59,735 nt of DNA, from NCBI GenBank assembly GCA_964465835.1, contig CAYXLH010000002.1:1-59735 (forward strand), given 5' to 3'. The notes under the pieces were generated by a model. It worked only from the letters and a program-made list of their open reading frames with translations. It made no database searches and was not told where the DNA came from. The DNA is from an uncultured Bacteroides sp. (lineage in GTDB: Bacteria > Bacillota > Clostridia > Oscillospirales > Acutalibacteraceae). The position numbers were made by a program, and so were the translations under genes. This document shows, piece after piece, positions 22,163 to 32,573 of this stretch (positions within the stretch are counted from its first letter, which is position 1; each line of letters opens with the position of its first letter).

Positions 22163-23375
22163 CTTCAAGATCCTTTCCCTGAGTAATTATTTTATCGTAA
22201 AGACGAATTCCTTTATCGCTGTCAGGTTCATAAGAGAGCAAAACATAATCATCACCAGTGTAGAGTATTTCCGCCTCTCTGAACTTAACCTGACTTGAAA
22301 TAAGAGCATACACACCTTTCTTTCCGTCAACAACGTGGACGGCGTCAACAGGCGCTTTAATGCCGGTATGACTTGCGTATCTTATCTCAATATTTTCACT
22401 TCGTCTTGCGGCAATCTGTGCGTCCATACTATTGCATTTAAGCAAAAGGACAGATTTTTTTACTCCGGCATCCGGATCGGCTCCGCTGACAATCACTGCG
22501 TTTATTACAGTGTCGTTATTGTCTTTAAGTGCAATTTGCACCTTGCCGCCGTCGGATATTTTTTCAGCCTCTTTGGCATTGATTTCAACTGCAAAATACC
22601 AGTTATAGCTTGTAACAAGTTTTCCGAGAGCACCAATTTTTTTCTGTGGCTTTTCGTGAACCTGTTTAAGATATTCATTCAACTGCTTTACTGTCAGCTC
22701 GCTTACCTTATCGTAATCCACAAGATTTTCATATCCGTCAGTATAGCTTGTAAACACCCCTGACATATCGGTGGTAATATAACTGTCCGGCTTTGTGGCA
22801 GTGGAAGCAATAGACTGCTGTTCACTTCTTAGCTTCTTTGTAACATCGGCAAAATCAATGCTTTTTCCTATAATCATCTGACGGCGGATAAGAGAATCGT
22901 TTACTTCCTCCCCTTTTTCGCTGATGTCCGAGGGTGATTTATTTGATACAGCACGGATATATTCATTAATGTTTTCGCCGATTTCAGCATCTATTGATTC
23001 AACATTTGCAGCCTGCCCCATTGACTGGGATTCCAAATCTTCATAATACTTCAGCTGACGGCTGATTTCGCTGTAACGTGAATATTTTTCAGCGGAATCG
23101 TTTGAAGAAAACAACATTGCCACATTTCCGCCGTTATTTATTTTGTCGCCGTCGCTGACGCAGGGCAGTGTTACGCCCGATGACGGATTATCAACCAGAT
23201 GCTCCTGGCGAATTATCAGTGCGTCGCCTTCAATTTTTTCATAAACGGTTGAAGTAAGTGCAGTCTGCGTTTCAAGATCTATATGGGTAACGGAGTAGCA
23301 CTGATAAAAAACATATACGAACACAAGTGCCACGGCAACCAATATTGCGATACTGTCTTTTTGGTATTTTTTCAC
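22143..23375 (-). CDS. Membrane-anchored HlyD/membrane-fusion-like protein upstream of yggS
   Basis: GTG start after AAGGAG. N-terminal TM, lipoyl-like half motifs (DGDKIN.G.NVA; SGVF), coiled coil, C-terminal LYDKIITQGKDL. Confidence 0.65.
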   Translation of the reverse strand: MKKYQKDSIAILVAVALVFVYVFYQCYSVTHIDLETQTALTSTVYEKIEGDALIIRQEHLVDNPSSGVTLPCVSDGDKINNGGNVAMLFSSNDSAEKYSRYSEISRQLKYYEDLESQSMGQAANVESIDAEIGENINEYIRAVSNKSPSDISEKGEEVNDSLIRRQMIIGKSIDFADVTKKLRSEQQSIASTATKPDSYITTDMSGVFTSYTDGYENLVDYDKVSELTVKQLNEYLKQVHEKPQKKIGALGKLVTSYNWYFAVEINAKEAEKISDGGKVQIALKDNNDTVINAVIVSGADPDAGVKKSVLLLKCNSMDAQIAARRSENIEIRYASHTGIKAPVDAVHVVDGKKGVYALISSQVKFREAEILYTGDDYVLLSYEPDSDKGIRLYDKIITQGKDLEDGKVYT

Positions 23376-23396
23376 AGTGCATTCTCCTTTCTCCGC

Positions 23397-24317
23397 TTAC
23401 TGTTTTAAAAAATCATCTGCAAGGCGCAGTGCCTCGCTGTATAATTCTTTTTTGCTCATACTGTCGGCATAAAGCCAGTTTATCTTTTCGTTGCGGCGAA
23501 ACCAGGTAATCTGCCTTTTGGCATAACGCCTTGTTTCACGCTTTAAATTTTCTACAGCTTCATCAAGGGTGATGGTTCCGCTGATATACGGCGCAAGTTC
23601 CTTGTGCCCTATTGCCTGTACCGAGGTGGGCCCTGCATTTTTAAGGGCAAACTTTGCCTCGTCAACCAAACCGTTTTGGAGCATAATATCAACACGCTTG
23701 TTTATTCTATCGTAAAGCTTTTCACGGTCTTTATAGTTAATTCCAATATAAAGAGCGTCATAGGGGCTTTCGGTAAGACGTGAATTTTCATTCTGCCGTG
23801 TTTTTGTGGTGCCGCCTTTGCAAAGTTCAATGGCACGGATAACACGCTTTCTGTTGTTTTTATGAATATCAGCGGCAGCTTTTTCATCAAGCTTCAACAA
23901 TTCTTCATACAGTTCATCATTGCTTTTTTTATCAAGCTCCTGCCGCAGAGTGGTATTAACACCCACATCGGAAAAGGTAATATTATTTATAAAACTGTCA
24001 GCAAAAAGCCCTGTTCCGCCTACAATAAACGGCGTATGATCTCTGGAGGTAATCTCTTTTACCGCATCTGCGGCAAGCTTGGTAAAATCAGCCACGCTGA
24101 ATCTTTGCGACGGGTCAAGAAACTCCACAAGATGATGGGACACGCCCTGCATTTCCTCCTGCGTTACGGCGGCGGTGGCAATAGGCATACCCTTGTAAAC
24201 CTGCATTGAATCGGCGCTGATAATTTCTCCGCCGAGATTTTTTGCAAGATATACGCCTAAATCACTTTTGCCGGAAGCGGTAGGCCCCACAACACAGATA
24301 ATTTTAATCTTTTCCAT
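23397..24317 (-). CDS. miaA: tRNA dimethylallyltransferase
   Basis: GPTASGKS, ISADSMQVY, VGGTGL, QAIGHKE, TRRYAKRQ.TWF. Confidence 0.96.
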   Translation of the reverse strand: MEKIKIICVVGPTASGKSDLGVYLAKNLGGEIISADSMQVYKGMPIATAAVTQEEMQGVSHHLVEFLDPSQRFSVADFTKLAADAVKEITSRDHTPFIVGGTGLFADSFINNITFSDVGVNTTLRQELDKKSNDELYEELLKLDEKAAADIHKNNRKRVIRAIELCKGGTTKTRQNENSRLTESPYDALYIGINYKDREKLYDRINKRVDIMLQNGLVDEAKFALKNAGPTSVQAIGHKELAPYISGTITLDEAVENLKRETRRYAKRQITWFRRNEKINWLYADSMSKKELYSEALRLADDFLKQ

Positions 24318-24318
24318 A

Positions 24319-26241
24319 TCAGACCCTGCCGAACTGTTTTTCAATCTCGTATTTTGACATTTTAATCAACACCGGTCTGCCGTGGGGACAATATCTTATT
24401 TCCGGCATAGAGAGAAGTTTTTTAACAAAAAGTTCTCTCTCATATGGTGAAGTATAATCCCCTGCTTTAACGGCGGCACGGCAGGAGGTTGAATGAAAAA
24501 TCCAATCCATCTGCTCAGGAGTTATATCGGTTTTGCCGTCCAGCAGTTTCTGTTCAGTTTCAGTAACCAAATCCTCAACATTTTCATTGTCAAGAATTGA
24601 GGGACACTCCCTTACAATAACTGAGGAGTTTCCAAAATCTTCAATTACAAAGCCGCATTTTTTATACAAATCAAGATTTTCACAAACTGCTGTGTATTCA
24701 TCCTTAGAAAGCTTTACTGCCACGGGGGAAAGCAAAATCTGTGAATTAATCTCTGTTTCACTTTTGAGCTTTTCAAAATTCATACGCTCGTGAGCGGCGT
24801 GCTTGTCTATAAAGTACAAATTTTTGTCAATCTCAATAATAATGTAGGTCTTAAAGGCTTCGCCGATTACACGAAAATCGGGAATTTCAATTTCGTTATA
24901 TGAAGGTGCCTGTTGTTTTTCTTTTTCTTTATCTTCATCAAGAGATTTGATAATTTTATTTTCACCTTTATCAGGCGGAGCAGGCTTAAGTGAAGTATCA
25001 AAAATTCTGTTTAAACTAATATTAATCTTATCTTTCTCATTTTCTTTAATAGACAGTTTTGCGTTTTCGCCAAAATCGTTTTTGTAATCCTGTGTGCTTG
25101 CCACATTCCAGAAATTATCGTTTTTCAGTTTCTGTTTAAAAACAATCTGCTGAGGCTCATTGTCTTTATCTTTTACAAAATCAAACCTGCCCTGTGCATT
25201 TTCATATACAGGCTTCGGGGTAATTTTTGCTTCTTTAAAGGTATCTCCGGTCTCTATTGCAGATTTTACGCCATAATAAATCAGTTCAAACACAGGCCGT
25301 TCATTGGCAAAGCGAACCTCTGTTTTAGCAGGGTGAACATTTACATCAACAAATGTCAAATCACATTCTATATTAAGGACGCATCCGGGAAATCTGCCAA
25401 CCATAATATTATTTTTATATGCTTGCTCAAGCGCAGCCATAACGGTTTTTGACTTTACAAGACGGTTGTTTATATAGAAAAACTGCATCGCTCTGCTTTT
25501 GCGTGACTGTGCCGGTTTTGTAACAACGCCGGTAAGGCGCATATTGTTAACCGAATAATCAACATCGATAAGAGCAGATGAAAATTCCCTACCGAAAACA
25601 GAATACACAGTTGATTTTAAATCACCACTGCCGGAAGTTATAAGGGTCTGCTTGCCGTCCCTGATAAATCTGAAAGAAATTTCAGGATGGCTGATTGCCA
25701 TTCTATCTACAACACCTGCAACAGCATTTCCCTCGGTAACATCTTTTTTCAAAAACTTCATACGTGCCGGGGTGTTAAAAAACAAATCCCTGACAACTAT
25801 TGTTGTGCCCTTGGGGCAGCCTGCTTCGGAAAAATCAATTTTTTCCCCTCCGGCAATTTCGTACCTGCTGCCGATATCGCTGTCACTTGTTCTTGAAAGC
25901 AGTTCAACCTTTGCAACTGCGGCAACGGACGCCATTGCTTCGCCTCTGAATCCCAGGGTGCCGATTGAGTTTAAATCGTCGGCGTATTTGATTTTGCTGG
26001 TGGCATGGGGTATAAAAACTTTTTCAACCTGGTCTTTATCTATTCCACAGCCGTCGTCGGTAATGCGTATGTAATCCGTTCCACCCCGTCTTATTTCAAC
26101 GGTGATACTTTTTGCACCGGCGTCAACGGAGTTTTCAATCATTTCTTTAACCACTGAGGACGGTCTTTCAACCACTTCGCCGGCGGCAATCAGCTGATAT
26201 ACTTCTTTTGGTAAAACATTAATCTGCGGCAAAGCGTTCAC
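24319..26241 (-). CDS. mutL: DNA mismatch repair endonuclease MutL
   Basis: IAAGEVVERP, GFRGEA, DVNVHPAK, DKHAAHER, CPHGRP. Confidence 0.97.
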   Translation of the reverse strand: MNALPQINVLPKEVYQLIAAGEVVERPSSVVKEMIENSVDAGAKSITVEIRRGGTDYIRITDDGCGIDKDQVEKVFIPHATSKIKYADDLNSIGTLGFRGEAMASVAAVAKVELLSRTSDSDIGSRYEIAGGEKIDFSEAGCPKGTTIVVRDLFFNTPARMKFLKKDVTEGNAVAGVVDRMAISHPEISFRFIRDGKQTLITSGSGDLKSTVYSVFGREFSSALIDVDYSVNNMRLTGVVTKPAQSRKSRAMQFFYINNRLVKSKTVMAALEQAYKNNIMVGRFPGCVLNIECDLTFVDVNVHPAKTEVRFANERPVFELIYYGVKSAIETGDTFKEAKITPKPVYENAQGRFDFVKDKDNEPQQIVFKQKLKNDNFWNVASTQDYKNDFGENAKLSIKENEKDKINISLNRIFDTSLKPAPPDKGENKIIKSLDEDKEKEKQQAPSYNEIEIPDFRVIGEAFKTYIIIEIDKNLYFIDKHAAHERMNFEKLKSETEINSQILLSPVAVKLSKDEYTAVCENLDLYKKCGFVIEDFGNSSVIVRECPSILDNENVEDLVTETEQKLLDGKTDITPEQMDWIFHSTSCRAAVKAGDYTSPYERELFVKKLLSMPEIRYCPHGRPVLIKMSKYEIEKQFGRV

Positions 26242-26262
26242 CGTCCTTTCTGTTAAATCTGT

Positions 26263-28896
26263 TTACGAAACCTCTTCGGCTTTCTTTTTAAGGTCGTAGA
26301 GTGTCTGCATAGCCTCAATGGGCGTTAAAGTGTTTATATCTATTGTTTTAATAAGTTCAAGAATATCGTTTACGGAATTTGTTGTGAAATTATACTGAAT
26401 ATCATTATCCTCCTGAATATCAGTATCTTCAGCCTTAAATTCTATTTCTGTTTTGTTTGCTTCAAGTTCTTTAAGAATAACCTTTGCACGTTTGATTACG
26501 CTGTCGGGTATTCCGGCGAGCTTTGCAACCTCTATACCAAAACTCTGGTCGGCTCCGCCGTGAACAATCCTTCTAAGAAATGTAATATCGTCGCCTCGTT
26601 TTTTCACGGCTATTGAATAGTTGTTTACGCCGTCAAGCATACCCTCCATTGCCGTAAGCTCGTGATAATGGGTGGCAAAAAGCGTTTTTGCACCCAATGT
26701 TTTTTTCTTTACCACATATTCAAGCACTGCTCGTGCAATGCTCATTCCATCAAAGGTTGATGTACCTCTGCCGATTTCATCAAGTATGATGAGTGATGAA
26801 GCGGTGGCATTTTTAAGTATGGTTGAAACCTCGTTCATCTCAACCATAAAAGTTGACTGACCCGTTGCCAAATCATCGGATGCGCCTACTCTTGTAAATA
26901 TTGCGTCAACCACGGAAATCTTTGCTCTTTCAGCAGGAACGAATGAACCTGTCTGCGCTAAAAGCGTTATTAATGCGGTCTGGCGCATATATGTTGATTT
27001 ACCCGCCATATTAGGACCGGTAATAATGGCGCATCTGTTTTTATCATTATCAAGCAAAGTATCGTTGGGAACAAAAGGTGCGTCCTTTAAAAGTGATTCC
27101 ACAACGGGATGCCTGCCATTTTTAATATCTATTACACCGTCATTTGTAATTTGGGGACATATGTAATTATTGTTAACCGCAACTTGTGCAAAAGAAGCAA
27201 GGCAGTCAAGAGTAGCAAGGGCTCTAGCAGTTTTTTGTATTCTTTCAACCTCGCCGGCAATATTCTCTCTTACAGAACAGAAAACCTCGTATTCAAGGGA
27301 AACGGATCTGTCCTTGGCACCGATAATTCTGCCCTCTAAATCTTTAAGTTCCTGGGTAATATACCTTTCGCAGTTGGTTAAAGTCTGCTTTCTTATATAA
27401 GTATCGGGCACCATATCCTTGTAGGAATTGGTAACCTCAATATAGTAGCCGAAAACCTTGTTATATCCTACACGAAGCTTTGGTATACCTGTGGCTTCCC
27501 TTTGCTGGGCTTCTATGGAACTGATAATGCCTGCGCCGTCATTCATTATTGTACGCAGAGAATCAATTTCTTCATTAAATCCGTCACGGATAATTCCGCC
27601 CTCACGCAGAGTAATGGGAGGCTCATCCATAATGGAGGATTTAATAAGACTGTAAACATCCTCTAAAAGGTCAATATTATTATTTATTGATTTAAGCATT
27701 GCACTTGACGAGGAGACAAGAATATTTTTAATATCCGGCAGATGAGTAATTGTAGAGGCAAGAGCGTTAAGCTCCTTAGCGTTTGCGGTGGAATAAGCTA
27801 TACGGCTCATCAGCCTTTCCATATCGTTTACACCGGTTAAGCACTCACGTATATCGTCACGCGTCATATCGTTATCAGCAAGCTCTGCCACAGCGTTTTG
27901 GCGCTTGGTGATTTTTGTAATGCTCATCAGTGGCTTTTCAATCCATGAGCGTATCATACGCTTGCCCATAGCCGTTTTTGTTTTATCAATAACCCACAAA
28001 AGAGAATGCTTTTTGTCGCCGGTCATCATTGATTTTGTAAGTTCAAGATTACGGCGTGCACTGATATCAAGCGCCATAAACTGACTGTTGTCGTAAAAAT
28101 CAATCTCTCCGGGTTTTTCAATATTATTTGTCTTTTGAGTATCTCTAAGGTAAGCTATTACCGCTCCCAAAGCGCATACCGCTTCCTCACTTCTGCCTAT
28201 ATTGAGAGAGGATATTTCATCCTTGCTGAGAGTCTGAATAACCAAATCTGAAGCGTTGTTATAATCAAATACGCCCTCGTCCGCTTTTTCATAATTAGCG
28301 TTAAGACGTACTTCAGCAAACGTGCGCACCGCCTGCATATCAAAAGCGGCACTGTTAACGATTATCTCCCTAGGGGCATAGGCAGAAAGCTGATTATTAA
28401 TCTGATTTTGCTCATCATCGCCGGAAACAGCAGTAATATGAAATTCGCCTGTTGAGATATCGGCAAAGCACATTCCCGTCATTTTACTGCCCTTGCATAC
28501 GGCGCAAAGATAATTATTTGCGCCCTCTTCAAGCATATTTCCCTCAATAACCGTACCGGGTGTAATAATTCTTATGACATCTCTTTTGACTATGCCCTTT
28601 GCTTTTGCCGGGTCCTCCATCTGCTCGCATATTGCGACCTTGTAACCCTTTGCAACCAATTTTGCAATATAACTGTCCGCACTATGAAAGGGTACTCCGC
28701 ACATAGGCGCCCTTTCATCAAGTCCGCAGTCCCTGCCTGTCAGAACTAAATCAAGCTCTGCTGCTGCAGTTTTTGCATCGTCAAAAAACATCTCATAAAA
28801 ATCGCCCAGACGAAAGAATAAAAGCACTCCGGGATATTCTTTTTTTACTTTAAAATACTGCTGCATCATAGGTGACAGCTCGCCTTTTTTAGCCAT
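26263..28896 (-). CDS. mutS: DNA mismatch repair protein MutS
   Basis: SPMMQQY, FRLGDFYEMF, TGPNMAGKSTY, DEIGRGTST, FATHYHEL. Start at ATG 28896. Confidence 0.98.
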   Translation of the reverse strand: MAKKGELSPMMQQYFKVKKEYPGVLLFFRLGDFYEMFFDDAKTAAAELDLVLTGRDCGLDERAPMCGVPFHSADSYIAKLVAKGYKVAICEQMEDPAKAKGIVKRDVIRIITPGTVIEGNMLEEGANNYLCAVCKGSKMTGMCFADISTGEFHITAVSGDDEQNQINNQLSAYAPREIIVNSAAFDMQAVRTFAEVRLNANYEKADEGVFDYNNASDLVIQTLSKDEISSLNIGRSEEAVCALGAVIAYLRDTQKTNNIEKPGEIDFYDNSQFMALDISARRNLELTKSMMTGDKKHSLLWVIDKTKTAMGKRMIRSWIEKPLMSITKITKRQNAVAELADNDMTRDDIRECLTGVNDMERLMSRIAYSTANAKELNALASTITHLPDIKNILVSSSSAMLKSINNNIDLLEDVYSLIKSSIMDEPPITLREGGIIRDGFNEEIDSLRTIMNDGAGIISSIEAQQREATGIPKLRVGYNKVFGYYIEVTNSYKDMVPDTYIRKQTLTNCERYITQELKDLEGRIIGAKDRSVSLEYEVFCSVRENIAGEVERIQKTARALATLDCLASFAQVAVNNNYICPQITNDGVIDIKNGRHPVVESLLKDAPFVPNDTLLDNDKNRCAIITGPNMAGKSTYMRQTALITLLAQTGSFVPAERAKISVVDAIFTRVGASDDLATGQSTFMVEMNEVSTILKNATASSLIILDEIGRGTSTFDGMSIARAVLEYVVKKKTLGAKTLFATHYHELTAMEGMLDGVNNYSIAVKKRGDDITFLRRIVHGGADQSFGIEVAKLAGIPDSVIKRAKVILKELEANKTEIEFKAEDTDIQEDNDIQYNFTTNSVNDILELIKTIDINTLTPIEAMQTLYDLKKKAEEVS

Positions 28897-28970
28897 ATTC
28901 TCCGTCCTTTCTCGCTTGCTTAACCTGTCCTGCGGCGAAAAATATCCGCCGCAGCGACATATATACCCGA

Positions 28971-29384
28971 TTAGTGGCAGCCGCCGCAGGTACAACAATC
29001 GTGAGTGCATTCGTCAGGTGCAGGAATCTCACAGGTTTCAGGGTCCTGACCGTCAAAGAAAAGGCCGATCATAGAGCTGATATACTGAGCCATTTCCTCC
29101 ATAGCGGAAGCGGCTGTTGAATAATTTTGCATGTTTTCGCCCTGCATAATCTTGTTGTAAAGGTCCTGATACTGCTGCTGAAGCTCTGCAATTCTGTCCT
29201 GAGAAGCCTCCTCGCCTTTTTCAGCCTCCTGCTGATATTTAAGAGAGAGAAGCTGCATCTCCTGCATCTGCTGCTGGAGAGCCTCATCTGCGTCATTAAC
29301 CTTTGCTGCAGCCTGGAGAGCAGCAAAACGCTCGTCCGCCTGAATTTCTTTGCCGAGTTCTCTGAGTGCTGATTCTAAACTCAT
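28971..29384 (-). CDS. YlbF/YmcA (RicA-like) family regulator
   Basis: Helical protein with C-terminal CTHDCCTCGGCH cysteine cluster, between miaB and mutS (synteny like Bacillus ymcB-ymcA-mutSL). Confidence 0.8.
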   Translation of the reverse strand: MSLESALRELGKEIQADERFAALQAAAKVNDADEALQQQMQEMQLLSLKYQQEAEKGEEASQDRIAELQQQYQDLYNKIMQGENMQNYSTAASAMEEMAQYISSMIGLFFDGQDPETCEIPAPDECTHDCCTCGGCH

Positions 29385-29386
29385 AA

Positions 29387-30811
29387 TTACATCCTTTCCA
29401 ATTCACCCTTCATAACGTAGGTGAGCGGCTCTGTTACTTTTATTTTTCTGAAAGTGCCGATGAGCCTGTCGTCACCCTCAAATTCTATAATCAAATTACC
29501 GTCAGTCCTTGCGGCAAGATAATTATCTCCTAATTTGCCTTTGCCGTACACAAAGCATTTATATGTTCTTCCTTTGTGCAGCGCCATTTGCGAAGCCGAT
29601 ATTTTTTCCTGCAAATCCAAAAGTTCCCTTAGCCATTTTGACTTTGCGTCATAGCTTACCGGATCTTCCATTTTTGCTGCAGGCGTTCCCTTTCTGGGAG
29701 AATAGATAAAGGTAAAAAGACTTGTTGCCTTAATTTCTTCAATCAGTGACAGAGTATCCTGAAATTCCTCATAAGTTTCGCCGGGGAAACCCACTATAAT
29801 ATCACTGGTGATTGAAAGTTCGTCACCCATAAGTTCCCTGGCATAGCCTATAAGTTCAAGATATTTTTCTCTTGTATATCCCCTGTTCATTGCTTTAAGC
29901 ACTCTGTTATTTCCGCTTTGGAAAGGCAGGTGCAGATGGCAGGCAACCTTGTCGCACTGTACCATAGTTTCAAGCAGTTCTTTTGTACAGTCCTTTGGGT
30001 GGCTTGTCATAAATCTTATTCTGAAATCACCGTCAATATCGTTAAGAATACGCAGAAGCTGAGAAAAATTAACCGCAGGTTCAAGGTCTTTTCCGTAGGA
30101 ATTAACATTCTGACCCAGCAGTGTAATTTCTTTATAGCCGTCCTTTACAAGAGATGTAAATTCCATTACAACATCTTCAACTTTACGGCTTCGTTCACGT
30201 CCCCGCACATAAGGCACAATACAGTAGGAACAAAAATTATTGCATCCGTACATAATGGGAATCCATGCTTTTTTGTCATTATCACGTTTTACAGGCAGAC
30301 CCTCGGCGATAACTCCGTCCTCATCAGGCAGTTCAAAAATCCTTTTCTTCTGGGTTAAAGCCCTGTAAATAAGTTCTGGCACACGGTGAATAACGTGAGT
30401 ACCGAAAACCAAATCCACAAAAGGGAAAGACTGCTTTATTTTATCGGCGATATGTTGCTGCTGCATCATACAGCCGCAAAGAGCAATTACCACATCGGGA
30501 TTTGCAAGCTTGTACTTTTTTAAAGAACCTACATTGCCGAACACCCTGTCTTCCGCATGCTCACGCACTGCACATGTGTTAAAAATAATCAGCTTTGCCG
30601 AAAGACGGTCATCCGTAAAACCGTACCCCATTTTTTCAAGCATTCCCTTTATCTTTTCACTGTCGGCAACATTCTGCTGACATCCGTAGGTAATTACGCA
30701 GGCAAGAGGCTTTGACACATAACGCTTTTGAAGAAGCGAAAGCGTTTTTTGCTCGTATGCACGCTGTGCTTCAAGCTCCTGTTCAGATATTTTGCGAACA
30801 TTAACAGTCAT
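29387..30811 (-). CDS. miaB: tRNA methylthiotransferase MiaB
   Basis: TYGCQQN, NTCAVRE, GCNNFCSYC radical-SAM motif, RGRERSR, DIIVGFPGET, TRAM domain. Confidence 0.96.
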   Translation of the reverse strand: MTVNVRKISEQELEAQRAYEQKTLSLLQKRYVSKPLACVITYGCQQNVADSEKIKGMLEKMGYGFTDDRLSAKLIIFNTCAVREHAEDRVFGNVGSLKKYKLANPDVVIALCGCMMQQQHIADKIKQSFPFVDLVFGTHVIHRVPELIYRALTQKKRIFELPDEDGVIAEGLPVKRDNDKKAWIPIMYGCNNFCSYCIVPYVRGRERSRKVEDVVMEFTSLVKDGYKEITLLGQNVNSYGKDLEPAVNFSQLLRILNDIDGDFRIRFMTSHPKDCTKELLETMVQCDKVACHLHLPFQSGNNRVLKAMNRGYTREKYLELIGYARELMGDELSITSDIIVGFPGETYEEFQDTLSLIEEIKATSLFTFIYSPRKGTPAAKMEDPVSYDAKSKWLRELLDLQEKISASQMALHKGRTYKCFVYGKGKLGDNYLAARTDGNLIIEFEGDDRLIGTFRKIKVTEPLTYVMKGELERM

Positions 30812-30846
30812 AACTATACCTCCTGCATAAAAAACTACACTGTGAT

Positions 30847-30875
30847 ATTATAACAAATAGCTTATGCATATTCAA
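30847..30875 (-). promoter_or_regulatory. Putative sigma-A promoter of miaB
   Basis: TTGAAT-17 nt-TATAAT with TG extension. Confidence 0.65.
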
Positions 30876-30925
30876 TATTTATTTTATTAAAAATATTATA
30901 ATTATTATAAATATATAAGGGAATA

Positions 30926-30954
30926 TTGATTTTTAATTCATAAAGTGATATCAT
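30926..30954 (+). promoter_or_regulatory. Putative sigma-A promoter of malQ
   Basis: TTGATT-17 nt-TATCAT with TG extension. Confidence 0.55.
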
Positions 30955-30985
30955 TAATCAAACAATATTAAATTCGGGTGATTTT

Positions 30986-32503
30986 ATGCTAAAAAAAAGA
31001 GGTGCAGGTGTTCTTTTGCATATAAGCTCAATGCCGTCACCCTACGGCATAGGAGTTTTTGACGAAAACGCACACCATTTTATTGATAAAATTTCGGATA
31101 TGGGATTTACATACTGGCAGGTTCTGCCCTTTAACCCTGTTGACGGGTCTAATTCTCCTTACTGTTCTCCCTCTGCCTTTGCAGGCAATTTTATGTTTAT
31201 AAATCCAAAGGGCTTGCAGGATATGGGACTTGTCAGCGAAGACGATGTAAAAAGCAACATTTATAACGGATCACCATATACTGCTGACTATGAATTTGCA
31301 GAAAAGAAGCGTCTTGAACTGCTGCACAAAGCATTTTTAAATATCGACGAAAATCTCGCAAAGAAAATTAAGGAATTTGAACTTGGCAACGATTGGGTAA
31401 CTGACTATGCTATTTTTATGGCAGTTAAAGAAATTGAAGACGGCAGACCCTGGTGGGAATGGAGCGAAAATCATGCCAGGTACCACGAATGTATAAAAAA
31501 TATTTTTTCATACGAGGACAGGGCGGCTTTTTGGAAATTTGTACAGTATATTTTCTTTAAGCAATGGTATGAACTGAAAGAATATGCCAACAAGAAAGGC
31601 GTTGCCGTAATCGGCGATATGCCTATTTATGTAGCAATGGACAGCGTGGATGTATGGTCTAATCTTGAGATGTTTCTTATTGACGAAAAAACGCTGACAG
31701 CTGAAAAGGTGGCAGGCGTTCCGCCAGATTATTTTAGTGAAAACGGTCAGCTTTGGGGCAATCCCATTTATGACTGGCAGGCTATGAAGAAGGACGGATA
31801 TTCCTGGTGGATATCAAGACTGTCTCAGGCGTTAAAAACCTATGACACTGTAAGAATTGACCATTTCCGTGCCTTTGCGTCCTATTGGGCAGTTCCTGCC
31901 GACAGTGACACTGCTAAAGTAGGAGAATGGCTTGACGGTCCGAAAATGGATTTGTTTAATAAAGTTAAGGAAGTGTTCGGCGAAGCGCCGATTATTGCCG
32001 AGGATTTAGGGGTTTTCGGCGAAGATGTTATAAAGCTCCTTGATGACACAGGATTCCCCGGTATGAAGGTGGTTCAATTCGCTTTTGACCCTAACTCGGA
32101 CTCCTCGCATCTTCCTCATAACGCCTGTGCAAACTCCGTAAATTATGTAGGCACCCACGACAACAACACTATTTTAGGCTGGCTGTGGGAAGCAAGCGAA
32201 CAGGAACGCAGATTCGCCCTTGATTATTCAGGCTTTGAGGACGACAACTGGGGTGAGGGCGGTTATTATTCAAAATCCTGCCGTAAAATTATTGAAACGG
32301 TGTGGAAAAGTTCATCTAACACAGCGATAATTGCGCTTCAGGATATGTGCGGATTCGGCAGTGACGCAAGAATGAATATACCCGGAGTTCCTGAAAAAAA
32401 CTGGCGTTTCAGAACAACAGCAGAAACTATTGACAATATTGACGGTGAGTATTTTAAAAAGATAAATTCACTTTATCGCAGGACTTATCCGTCATTTGAG
32501 TAA
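30986..32503 (+). CDS. malQ: 4-alpha-glucanotransferase (GH77)
   Basis: GVLLHISS, WQVLP, GVPPDYFS..GQLWGNP, RIDHFR, AEDLG, GTHDN, RMNIPG. Confidence 0.96.
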   Translation: MLKKRGAGVLLHISSMPSPYGIGVFDENAHHFIDKISDMGFTYWQVLPFNPVDGSNSPYCSPSAFAGNFMFINPKGLQDMGLVSEDDVKSNIYNGSPYTADYEFAEKKRLELLHKAFLNIDENLAKKIKEFELGNDWVTDYAIFMAVKEIEDGRPWWEWSENHARYHECIKNIFSYEDRAAFWKFVQYIFFKQWYELKEYANKKGVAVIGDMPIYVAMDSVDVWSNLEMFLIDEKTLTAEKVAGVPPDYFSENGQLWGNPIYDWQAMKKDGYSWWISRLSQALKTYDTVRIDHFRAFASYWAVPADSDTAKVGEWLDGPKMDLFNKVKEVFGEAPIIAEDLGVFGEDVIKLLDDTGFPGMKVVQFAFDPNSDSSHLPHNACANSVNYVGTHDNNTILGWLWEASEQERRFALDYSGFEDDNWGEGGYYSKSCRKIIETVWKSSSNTAIIALQDMCGFGSDARMNIPGVPEKNWRFRTTAETIDNIDGEYFKKINSLYRRTYPSFE

Positions 32504-32510
32504 TAAAAAC

Positions 32511-32553
32511 ACGGCTTTCCTCTCGGAATAACCTTGAGGAAAGCCGTTATTTT
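32511..32553. terminator. Bidirectional terminator after malQ
   Basis: ACGGCTTTCCTC...GAGGAAAGCCGT 12-bp stem flanked by A and T runs. Confidence 0.8.
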
Positions 32554-32573
32554 ATAGATTATTAATAATACTG

